The notes below the pieces were generated by a model. It saw only the letters and a program-made list of their open reading frames with translations, had not been told where the DNA came from and did no database searches. This document shows, piece after piece, positions 56,160 to 64,000 of a DNA stretch of 64,000 nt. Each line of letters starts with the position of its first letter. Positions within the stretch are counted from its first letter, which is position 1. The DNA is taken from assembly GCA_045538415.1 (NCBI GenBank), contig JAZSRI010000093.1, forward strand, positions 17,236-81,235, in the 5' to 3' direction. The DNA comes from Faecousia sp. GTDB lineage: Bacteria; Bacillota; Clostridia; Oscillospirales; Oscillospiraceae. A program made the position numbers and the translations under genes.

Positions 56160-57011
56160 ATGAATTGCGCATGGGAGGCCTACCTAAACATTCTCCCTTC
56201 AAGATTAAGACCGCTTGTGGACAAGTATTCGGAGACGCTCCAGGTTGTCCGTCTCAGGTTAAGTGAACCGCCAGTTATTTGTTCCCAGCAGGGCAGGGTA
56301 GCCCTTGACAACGTTATAACTTCCCAAGACCTGCAATACTGCATTAACGCCGCATCGTCCTACTCACCTTGGACCGCAAAGACCGTAGCGGACGGTTTCA
56401 TTACGGCCCGTGGCGGTCACCGGATAGGAATTTGTGGGGATGCGGTAGTTTCAGGTGGAAGAATGGAGGGGATTCGAACGCCTACATCTCTGGCTATCCG
56501 TGTAGCCAGGGATTATGTGGGAATTGCAGCAGGTCTGGAGAAAATAGCCGGCTCAGTATTGATTATAGGAAGCCCCGGAACCGGGAAAACCACACTTTTA
56601 AGAGATCTTATCCGCAGAAGGTCAAGCCTCCATGGGACATGCGTGTCCGTAGTAGACGAGCGACAAGAAATTTTTCCGTTATTAAGACAAGGGGAACTCT
56701 TCCACCCAGGGGAAAACACGGATATTCTTACCGGATGCCCGAAACCTCAAGGAATCATTCAGGTGCTTAGGAATATGGGGCCGTCGGTTATCGCGGTGGA
56801 TGAAATCACAAACAAGCAGGACTGTCAGGCACTGACGGAAGCCGCTTGGTGTGGTGTTGATTTGGTTGCTACAGCCCATGCAAGAAATGCAAAGGAATTT
56901 TACGCTTCGGTTGTGTACAAGCCGCTGGTCCAAAGTGGGATATTTCAAACCCTTGTGGTCCTGCGCAGTGATAAGACTTGGTACACGGAAAGGATACCTC
57001 ATGAATATTAA
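56160..57011 (+). CDS. spoIIIAA: Stage III sporulation protein AA (ATPase)
   Basis: GFIT..GGHRIG.CG, GSPGTGKTTLLRD, VDER.EI, AVDEI, ATAH. Confidence 0.93.
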   Translation: MNCAWEAYLNILPSRLRPLVDKYSETLQVVRLRLSEPPVICSQQGRVALDNVITSQDLQYCINAASSYSPWTAKTVADGFITARGGHRIGICGDAVVSGGRMEGIRTPTSLAIRVARDYVGIAAGLEKIAGSVLIIGSPGTGKTTLLRDLIRRRSSLHGTCVSVVDERQEIFPLLRQGELFHPGENTDILTGCPKPQGIIQVLRNMGPSVIAVDEITNKQDCQALTEAAWCGVDLVATAHARNAKEFYASVVYKPLVQSGIFQTLVVLRSDKTWYTERIPHEY

Positions 57012-57513
57012 ATGGATTGGCGCGTTGTTGATTGTTGCCTCCTGCGGGGCAGTAGGAATTAAGATGAGTATGGCGTATATTAAGCAGGAACGTCAGCTGG
57101 ACCAGCTGCTTACATCTATGCATTACATAAAATGCGAATTGCAGTACAGGCTGACGCCGCTGTCTCAGGTGGTGTACCGGTGTACCGAACAGACAACAGG
57201 AGCCATTCGTGGGTTCTACCAAAATCTGCAGAGGGAGTTGGACATGCAGGATAGTCCAAATGCCCAGTACTGTATGCGATCCGCGCTGGCAAAGAGTGTT
57301 GACCTGTTCCCGTCCACTGTGTCAGTATTGCGGCGGCTGGGAGAGACATTGGGAGCATTCGATTTGGACGGACAGTTGATCGGTATCGAAGAGGCATCCA
57401 ATTTCTGCCGAGAAAATATTGATACGTTTAAAAAGAACCGGAGAGACAGGATCCGTAACTATCAAACTCTCGGACTATGCGCGGGCGCGGCACTTGTAAT
57501 TCTGTTTATGTAA
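57001..57513 (+). CDS. spoIIIAB: Stage III sporulation protein AB
   Basis: K.IGA.L, E..Y..TPL, LG..D...Q, LG.C.G..L.I; gene order. Confidence 0.88.
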   Translation: MNIKWIGALLIVASCGAVGIKMSMAYIKQERQLDQLLTSMHYIKCELQYRLTPLSQVVYRCTEQTTGAIRGFYQNLQRELDMQDSPNAQYCMRSALAKSVDLFPSTVSVLRRLGETLGAFDLDGQLIGIEEASNFCRENIDTFKKNRRDRIRNYQTLGLCAGAALVILFM

Positions 57514-57514
57514 T

Positions 57515-57709
57515 ATGGAAATTGATTTGATTTTTAAAATTGCCGCCATCGGTATTATCGTGTCCATTTTGAACCAGGTACTAAGCCGCTCGGGAAGGGA
57601 AGAACAGGCTACTATGACGACCTTAACAGGTCTTGTGGTGGTGCTGATGATGGTGGCACAAAAGATTTCCGAACTGTTTAACCTGGTAAAGAACCTGTTT
57701 GATTTGTAA
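57515..57709 (+). CDS. spoIIIAC: Stage III sporulation protein AC
   Basis: IFKIAAIGIIV..LNQVL..SGREEQA. Confidence 0.95.
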   Translation: MEIDLIFKIAAIGIIVSILNQVLSRSGREEQATMTTLTGLVVVLMMVAQKISELFNLVKNLFDL

Positions 57710-58104
57710 TGAATATATTTTTAAAAACCATTGCCGGTTCTATTATTACGGTTATCCTCTGCGTTATACTCGCCAAGCAGGGTAAGGACATGTCTGTTCT
57801 GCTCGGCATTGCGGTTTGTTGCCTGATTGTAACTGCTGCGGCAGAATATCTCCATCCTGTAGTCGACTTCTTCAGAAAACTGCAGGCCATGGGAAACATT
57901 GACGGGGAAATTTTCAGTGTGCTGATGAAAGCGGTTGGAATTGGCCTGTTAGGAGAGATAGTTTCACTGATATGTGCCGACGGCGGTAATGCCGCATTGG
58001 GAAAGAGTGTTCAGATTATGACAGTTGCGGTGATGATTTGGATTGCCCTTCCTATTCTGCAGGAATTGTTAACCCTGATTGACAATATTCTGGGGGCAGT
58101 ATGA
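57709..58104 (+). CDS. spoIIIAD: Stage III sporulation protein AD
   Basis: K.VGIG...EI...IC.D.G...L; gene order. Confidence 0.9.
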   Translation: MNIFLKTIAGSIITVILCVILAKQGKDMSVLLGIAVCCLIVTAAAEYLHPVVDFFRKLQAMGNIDGEIFSVLMKAVGIGLLGEIVSLICADGGNAALGKSVQIMTVAVMIWIALPILQELLTLIDNILGAV

Positions 58105-59141
58105 GACGGTTTCTTTCTATTGTCATTGTACTATTTTTAATTGCAACCCCAGTGTGCGCGCAGGAGTTTACAGCCCCTGAGGCGCCGGAATCCGCTCAGA
58201 GATACATGCCAGAGAATATTCATTCCTTTGGCGAGGATCTCTGGTTTGTTATAAAGTCTGCCTTTTCAGATCTGCAGCCTTCACTGGCAGACGCCGCTGG
58301 AATCTGCCTGTCAGCCATTGCGGTTGTTCTGTTGGTGACTCTGACCCAAAGTCTCAGTGAGGGGACGAAAAAAATCACAGAGGTAACAGGAACGGTAGTC
58401 ATCGGAGTTCTGCTCATAAGTCCGGCAAAAACACTAATTGGACTTGGGGCGGATACGGTTGTCAGTATAGGCGAATACGGAAAACTATTTATACCGGTCA
58501 TGACCGCTGCCTTTGCAGCACAGGGAGGAATCAACGCCTCCGGAGCGTTATACACAGTGACAACTGTGTTTTGCAGCTTTCTCACAAGCCTCATATGTAA
58601 ACTTTTAGTCCCTCTTGTATACGTTATGCTGTGCCTGAGCCTTGCCAGCGGCGCATTGGAGCAGGAAATGCTCGGAAAATTAAAAGATGCGGTGAAGTGG
58701 CTCGTTACCTGGTCGCTGAAAACAGTGTTGTATGTTTTTACCGGATTTTTGACAATCACCGGTGTTGTCAGCGGAACAACAGATGCTTCCTTGCTTAAAG
58801 CGGCAAAAATGACGGTTTCCGGATGTGTTCCGGTTGTTGGAGGAATCCTCTCTGACGCTTCAGAAGCAGTGCTGGTAGGTGCTGGAACCATGAAAAACGC
58901 AGCGGGTGTGTATGGGATAATTGCGATTCTGGCAATCTGGATTGGCCCGTTTCTGCAGATTGGTATTCAATACTTGCTTGTGAAATTCACAGCGGCTGTC
59001 TGTCAGATTTGGGGCACAAAGCAAACTGTTAACCTGATTCAGGATTTTTCAGGCGCAATGGGCTTGGTGCTTGCAATGACAGGGTCAGTGTGTACAATGC
59101 TGGTAATCAGTACAATTTGCTTTATGAAGGGAACTGTGTGA
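58101..59141 (+). CDS. spoIIIAE: Stage III sporulation protein AE
   Basis: Multi-TM; VPVVGG.LSDA.E.V...KNA.G..G. Confidence 0.9.
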   Translation: MRRFLSIVIVLFLIATPVCAQEFTAPEAPESAQRYMPENIHSFGEDLWFVIKSAFSDLQPSLADAAGICLSAIAVVLLVTLTQSLSEGTKKITEVTGTVVIGVLLISPAKTLIGLGADTVVSIGEYGKLFIPVMTAAFAAQGGINASGALYTVTTVFCSFLTSLICKLLVPLVYVMLCLSLASGALEQEMLGKLKDAVKWLVTWSLKTVLYVFTGFLTITGVVSGTTDASLLKAAKMTVSGCVPVVGGILSDASEAVLVGAGTMKNAAGVYGIIAILAIWIGPFLQIGIQYLLVKFTAAVCQIWGTKQTVNLIQDFSGAMGLVLAMTGSVCTMLVISTICFMKGTV

Positions 59142-59614
59142 TGGACAAAATTCATACTTACCTCCTAACTCTTACCTGCGGCGCTGTTTTATGCGGTCTC
59201 ATTTGTTCATTTTTCTCCAAGAAAAACCCACAGTCTACGATCATTAAATTTCTTTGCGGACTGGTTATGACAATCCTGTTCCTATCACCCTGGACGGAGT
59301 TTTCGTTTTCGGATTACGATTACCTCCTGGATGGCTTACAATTAGAAGCAAATGCAATCTCCGAGGAAGGTGCGGCATTTTATGATGAGTCATACAGAGC
59401 AATCATAAAAGAGGAAACACAGACATATATCTTGGACAAAGCGTTAAATCTTGGGCTGACGGTGGAAGCTTGGGTGGAACTGAGCGATACAGATCCGCCT
59501 AAACCGGAAACAGTCATCCTTACGGGTAACGCTTCACCAGTACTCAGAGAAAAACTGACCAAACAGCTATCTACAGACTTGGATATGCCCAGGGAGCAGC
59601 TAATATGGAAATGA
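59141..59614 (+). CDS. spoIIIAF: Stage III sporulation protein AF
   Basis: Two N-terminal TMs (KF.CGL...LSP); gene order. Confidence 0.75.
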   Translation: MDKIHTYLLTLTCGAVLCGLICSFFSKKNPQSTIIKFLCGLVMTILFLSPWTEFSFSDYDYLLDGLQLEANAISEEGAAFYDESYRAIIKEETQTYILDKALNLGLTVEAWVELSDTDPPKPETVILTGNASPVLREKLTKQLSTDLDMPREQLIWK

Positions 59615-60111
59615 AAACCATTAAAGAAACGATTATACAAGGAATCAAAAAATATAAATACGCGGCGATAGTTCTTGCCGCAGGACTGGCCTTTATGCTG
59701 ATACCGTCCCGTGACAGAACAGCGCCGGTACAAACGGAGCAAGTCACAATTGAACAGGAAACGCCCGATATGCAAACGCAGCTCGAGCAAATACTGTCGC
59801 AAATTAAAGGGGCTGGGGAAGTAAAGGTGCTACTGACGCAATCGAAGGGGGAGAGGGTAATTTACCAAACAGATAACAACTCCTCTGCCTCGGACAGCTC
59901 CACAACAGAATCTTTGGACACAGTGATTATCTCAGACAATAATAAAAACGAAACTGGGCTTGTTGTACAGATCGAACCGCCTGTATATCTGGGCGCAATT
60001 ATTGTGAGTCAGGGCGCTGATGAACCTGCGGTAAAGCTTGCTCTGGTAGAAGCTGTCTGTAAAGCCACTGGTCTTGGCGCCAATGAAATTACAGTGTTAA
60101 AAATGAAGTGA
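59605..60111 (+). CDS. spoIIIAG: Stage III sporulation protein AG
   Basis: L..ILSQI.GAG.V.V.LT, P...GA.IV..GAD...V. Confidence 0.9.
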   Translation: MEMKTIKETIIQGIKKYKYAAIVLAAGLAFMLIPSRDRTAPVQTEQVTIEQETPDMQTQLEQILSQIKGAGEVKVLLTQSKGERVIYQTDNNSSASDSSTTESLDTVIISDNNKNETGLVVQIEPPVYLGAIIVSQGADEPAVKLALVEAVCKATGLGANEITVLKMK

Positions 60112-60127
60112 ATGGAGGCATTTTTCT

Positions 60128-60667
60128 ATGAAAACCTGGAAAAAGAATCTGGTGGCTGGCGCTGTGCTGGTGGCGGTCTGCGCCGGAATCTACGTAAACT
60201 GGATGTACACAGAGGATAAGTATGTGATGAATTTGACGGATACATTAGATGAGTCAAAGCTTCTGTCGGCGGATACTCTTGTTATGGCAGCTGATGATCA
60301 GCAGGTTGTTGATACCATGACCGACTATTTTGCCGCGGTAAGGCTTTCCAGACAGGAAGCCCGTGACAGCGCTGTGTCTCTTCTTCAGGAAGCAATGGCA
60401 TATTCCGATGACGCTTCCTCTGAGCAGGCGAACGCGCAGCTGGAGGAAATCGTGAACACAGCGCTGTGCGAGGCTCAGATTGAAAGTCTTGTGATCGCAA
60501 AGGGTTATAAAGACTGCGTGGCCTATATTGCTGATGGTGGCATATCCGTGGCTGTTGCCATGCCGGAAGGTGGTCTGCAGCAGGCGGATGTGGCAGTGAT
60601 AGCGGATATTGTTGTTACCCAATCCGATTATGAGATGGCAGATGTCCGTGTGATAGAAGTACAATGA
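60128..60667 (+). CDS. spoIIIAH: Stage III sporulation protein AH
   Basis: YFA..RL.R...R, E..IE....AKGY.DCV. Confidence 0.9.
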   Translation: MKTWKKNLVAGAVLVAVCAGIYVNWMYTEDKYVMNLTDTLDESKLLSADTLVMAADDQQVVDTMTDYFAAVRLSRQEARDSAVSLLQEAMAYSDDASSEQANAQLEEIVNTALCEAQIESLVIAKGYKDCVAYIADGGISVAVAMPEGGLQQADVAVIADIVVTQSDYEMADVRVIEVQ

Positions 60668-60800
60668 TTTTTCTCCCCAAAGGTTTACCCTTTGGGGTTT
60701 TTCTTTGGGATAGAAAATAGTTGTTTTTTTCAATAATCAGTGGTACAATAAACAAAAGTATGTCGTGGCAGTCTGCCACGTATAATTAGGAGGTATTTTC

Positions 60801-61169
60801 ATGGCAGATAACAAACAGTATATCACCCAGATTCAGGAAAACGGTACTGTAATGATTTGTGAAGATGTGATTGCGGCAATTGTTGAGCATGCTGTCTCTG
60901 AGGTTGAAGGCGTTGTAGGTCTGAATGTGAAGCCCGGCGCGGATATTGCTGAGATTATCGGCAAAAAGAGCTGGGGAAAGGGTATGAAAATTACTATCGG
61001 CGCCGATGATTCTGTTTCTATTGACTGTAATGTAAATGTTGGCTATGGCCAGAGTGTTGTTGCTGTTGCCAGCGCTGTGCAGGAGGCTGTTTGCAATGCT
61101 GTTGAGTCTATGGCCGGTGTGAAAATTGCGGCAGTGAACGTAAATGTCTGCGGCATCGTCCGCCAGTGA
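60801..61169 (+). CDS. Asp23/Gls24 family envelope stress response protein
   Basis: G.V.I.EDVIA.I...A..EVEGV, VQ..V...VESM.G..V..VNV.V.G. Confidence 0.9.
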   Translation: MADNKQYITQIQENGTVMICEDVIAAIVEHAVSEVEGVVGLNVKPGADIAEIIGKKSWGKGMKITIGADDSVSIDCNVNVGYGQSVVAVASAVQEAVCNAVESMAGVKIAAVNVNVCGIVRQ

Positions 61170-61178
61170 GGCAAACAT

Positions 61179-61640
61179 ATGATGACAAGAGCTAACGCCA
61201 GAGAGCTGGCGGTACATTTGATCTACGCACAGCAGTTTACCGGTGAAGAGCCGGAGCAGATTGTTGCGTTTCGTCTGCAAAAGGAATATTATGAGAAGCT
61301 GTCTCAGGAAAATCAGGTTTATACTGACCGTCCCAACAAGTATCAGGTTGCCTATATCGATACCGTGGTGGCAGGCGTAGTAAACCGGATTGATCAGCTT
61401 AATGACACCATTCAATCCTTTTCTATTGGTTGGGATATTTCCCGTATCTCAAAGCTGACCCGCACAATCATGCAGCTTGCCATTTTTGAGATTCTTTATA
61501 TGGAAGATGTTCCCACCGGTGTTGCAATTTCTGAGGCTGTCCGCATCGCAAAGATGTACGATGGGGACGATACCGGCGCGTTTGTGAACGGTATTTTGGG
61601 TTCTTTTGCCAGAAGCCTGACAAAAGAGGTAGAACAATGA
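61179..61640 (+). CDS. nusB: Transcription antitermination factor NusB
   Basis: R..ARE.A, W..SR, P..VAI.EAV.IAK.Y, FVNGILG. Confidence 0.95.
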   Translation: MMTRANARELAVHLIYAQQFTGEEPEQIVAFRLQKEYYEKLSQENQVYTDRPNKYQVAYIDTVVAGVVNRIDQLNDTIQSFSIGWDISRISKLTRTIMQLAIFEILYMEDVPTGVAISEAVRIAKMYDGDDTGAFVNGILGSFARSLTKEVEQ

Positions 61641-62560
61641 GCGTACTGGGCTTTGATACCAGCAATTATACCACCTCCATAGCCTGTTTTGACGGTGAAG
61701 GTGGGCTGAATTGTTCCAGACTCCTGCCGGTGAAAATGGGTGAGTTGGGTCTGCGTCAAAGTGATGCTGTATTTCATCATACGAAAAGCCTGCCGGAGCT
61801 CTCCGGCAGTCTGTTTTCCCATGTGAACCCCTGTGATATTACGGCAATTGGTGTCAGCACCCGTCCACGAGCCGTTGATGGCAGTTATATGCCCTGCTTC
61901 ATGGTTGGATATTCCCACGCAAAACTCCTTTCCGACAGCCTGCACGTGCCTTTGTTTGCCTGCTCCCATCAGCAGGGGCATGTCGCCGCATCCTTGTGGA
62001 GCGCCGGAAGAATGGAACTTATGGACCAGCCCCACCTTGCGTGGCATCTGTCCGGTGGAACCACAGAGCTTTTACTGGTGGAACCTAGTGGCAGAAATGT
62101 GAACTGTACCCGTATTGGCGGCACCACCGATATTTCCGCGGGACAACTGATTGACAGAACAGGGCAGATTCTCAGCATGCCTTTTCCTTCGGGAAAGCAT
62201 ATTGATGCGCTTTCTAAGGACAGTGAGCACAATGACATGTTTCATGTGAAGTGTCCGGATATGGAGTTTTCTTTTTCCGGCGTGCAGAATAAAGTTTCCG
62301 CATATTTTGAAAGTACCGGGAATCCAGTGGACACTGCGGCATACGCGCTTAGAAGTATCTGCCATGGAGTTTATAAGGCTACCGAAAATGCGCTGAAGCG
62401 TTATCCGGGGCTTGCGGTCGTATTCTCCGGCGGTGTTGCGTCAAATACTATGCTACGCCAGTGGATGCATCCATTTCATCCTGTGTTTTCAGAACCTCAG
62501 TATTCAACAGACAATGCCATGGGCGCAGCGGTTCTTGCCCATCGGATCCAGGGGGAATAA
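61637..62560 (+). CDS. TsaD/Kae1-like ASKHA metalloprotein paralog
   Basis: DTSNYTTS, SHQQGH, LSGGTT, SFSG, SGGVASN, TDNA. Confidence 0.8.
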   Translation: MSVLGFDTSNYTTSIACFDGEGGLNCSRLLPVKMGELGLRQSDAVFHHTKSLPELSGSLFSHVNPCDITAIGVSTRPRAVDGSYMPCFMVGYSHAKLLSDSLHVPLFACSHQQGHVAASLWSAGRMELMDQPHLAWHLSGGTTELLLVEPSGRNVNCTRIGGTTDISAGQLIDRTGQILSMPFPSGKHIDALSKDSEHNDMFHVKCPDMEFSFSGVQNKVSAYFESTGNPVDTAAYALRSICHGVYKATENALKRYPGLAVVFSGGVASNTMLRQWMHPFHPVFSEPQYSTDNAMGAAVLAHRIQGE

Positions 62561-62561
62561 T

Positions 62562-63782
62562 ATGGCGCAAAAGGTACTATCCATTGCTCAGATTACGGAA
62601 TATATCCGTGGTAAAATGGAATCAGATGACTTGCTGTCGGGAATTGCTGTCCGTGGAGAGCTGAGCAATTATAAGGTGTATCCATCTGGCCACCATTATT
62701 TTACGCTGAAGGATGAATCCGCGGCGCTGAAATGTGTTATGTTCAAGTCCAGTGCCATAAAACTGCGCTTTCGTCCTGCCGATGGCATGAAAGTCATTGC
62801 TATGGGTAAGATTACGGTCTATCCCAGAGACGGTGTCTACCAGCTATACTGCTCTGCCATGGCGGTAGACGGTGTGGGAGATCTGCACGCCGCCTTTGAG
62901 CAGTTGAAAGCAAAACTGGCAGCACAGGGGCTGTTTGATCCTGCCCATAAAAAGCCGCTGCCCAAATATCCGGGGACCATAGGAATTATTACCAGCCCCG
63001 CCGGTGCCGCGGTTCACGATATGCTGCGTATTTTGAAAAAGCGTTACCCCTTGGTTAAAGTCCTGCTTTTGCCTGTCCGTGTGCAGGGCGCTGAGGCGCC
63101 GGCTGAGATTGTGAGCGCAATTTCCTATGCCAATCATCACAGACTTGCGGATCTTTTGATCGTTGGCCGGGGCGGTGGTTCTATCGAGGATCTTTGGGCC
63201 TTTAACGATGAGAGAGTTGCCCGTGCGATTTACCATTCTGATATCCCTGTGATTTCCGCTGTTGGACATGAACCGGATGTTACTATATCCGACTATGTCG
63301 CGGATCTCAGGGCCGCCACACCCTCTAATGCCGCTGAACTGGCTGTACCTGATGGGGATGCTCTGTTTCAGACGCTTGATTCCATGTCAGCAGCTATGGT
63401 GTCATGCTTAACACGACAGCTAAAGAGCGCCCGGCAGCGTTTGGGTATTCTCTCAGCAAGCCAATCCCTGCAAAGCCCCGAACAGTATGTGCTGCAGAAA
63501 AGAAAAGGTCTTAATTTGCTTTCAAGCCAAATGGAAACAGCGCAGGTTCGGATTGTAAGTGGATATAAACAACATTTTTTGACCCAAACAGCGAAGCTGG
63601 ACGCTATGAGCCCTCTGAAAGTTTTAACCCGTGGCTATGCCATGGCGCTGAATGAGCATGGTTCGGTTATACGGTCCATTCATGGGGCAGTTCCGGGTAG
63701 ACCGATTGTGGTAAACGTATCAGACGGCAGTATTGAAGCTTGTGTAACCGGTGTAAAGGAGAACCTTTATGAATCAGAATAA
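62562..63782 (+). CDS. xseA: Exodeoxyribonuclease VII large subunit
   Basis: GELSN, SGH.YFTLKD, RGGGSIEDLWAFNDE, AVGHE.D. Confidence 0.96.
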   Translation: MAQKVLSIAQITEYIRGKMESDDLLSGIAVRGELSNYKVYPSGHHYFTLKDESAALKCVMFKSSAIKLRFRPADGMKVIAMGKITVYPRDGVYQLYCSAMAVDGVGDLHAAFEQLKAKLAAQGLFDPAHKKPLPKYPGTIGIITSPAGAAVHDMLRILKKRYPLVKVLLLPVRVQGAEAPAEIVSAISYANHHRLADLLIVGRGGGSIEDLWAFNDERVARAIYHSDIPVISAVGHEPDVTISDYVADLRAATPSNAAELAVPDGDALFQTLDSMSAAMVSCLTRQLKSARQRLGILSASQSLQSPEQYVLQKRKGLNLLSSQMETAQVRIVSGYKQHFLTQTAKLDAMSPLKVLTRGYAMALNEHGSVIRSIHGAVPGRPIVVNVSDGSIEACVTGVKENLYESE

Positions 63783-64000
63783 TCAAACCTTTGAGCAAAA
63801 TATGCAGCGGCTGGAACAGATCGTGCGTGCCATGGAGAGGGGAGACGTACCTCTGGAGGAATCCATGAAGCTTTTCCAGGAGGGCACAGAACTGGTCAGA
63901 GGCTGCGGAAAACTTCTTGACGAAGCAGAAATGCAGGTAAAGAAAATCATGTCCGCACCGGACGGAATGCCTGTTGAAGAGGATTTTGCCGATGAACTGT
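63769..64000 (+). CDS. xseB: Exodeoxyribonuclease VII small subunit (runs off window end)
   Basis: MNQNNQTFEQNMQRLEQIVRAMERGDVPLEESMKLFQEG...; not in the ORF track because the stop lies beyond the window. Confidence 0.92.
   Translation, partial: MNQNNQTFEQNMQRLEQIVRAMERGDVPLEESMKLFQEGTELVRGCGKLLDEAEMQVKKIMSAPDGMPVEEDFADEL

Noticed and set aside
63992-64000. ATG overlapping the xseB end that could start ispA
   Set aside because: Only 9 nt visible; cannot be supported from this window

Overview
A 64-kb, mostly core-genome segment from a spore-forming Clostridia-class Firmicute; gene order and style suggest an Oscillospiraceae-like gut anaerobe (inference). It contains apgM-serC-serA, proBAC, a YerC/HisR-led his operon, a carD-like gene, ogt, a choloylglycine hydrolase and a (Re)-citrate synthase-GntR-aconitase-IDH operon. 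These are followed by a FIST-like orphan flanked by palindromic repeats, a ProXp editing protein, a SAM hydrolase-ECF transporter operon and tRNA-Pro(CGG) with a 195-bp tRNA-3'-duplicating element. Next come an AraC-controlled OYE/SDR/flavoprotein/DegT cluster of unknown function, a minimal spoIVF-like pair, the TIGR03960/TIGR03936 radical SAM pair and tRNA-Pro(GGG) with a larA-like 3' remnant. The rest is rplS-lepB-rbgA-rnhB-yraN, tig-clpP-clpX-lon-engB, tepA-uppP-like-ftsK, a pan-motif-like leader before an ECF S component, spoIIIAA-AH and asp23-nusB-tsaD-like-xseAB. I saw no integrase, transposase, CRISPR array or rRNA. The best candidates for something undescribed are the tRNA-adjacent oxidoreductase/aminotransferase cluster, two intact enzyme paralogs with degenerate catalytic motifs (ThrC-like, UppP-like) and two small structured repeat elements. 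All protein calls come from motif recognition by eye; no database searches were run.
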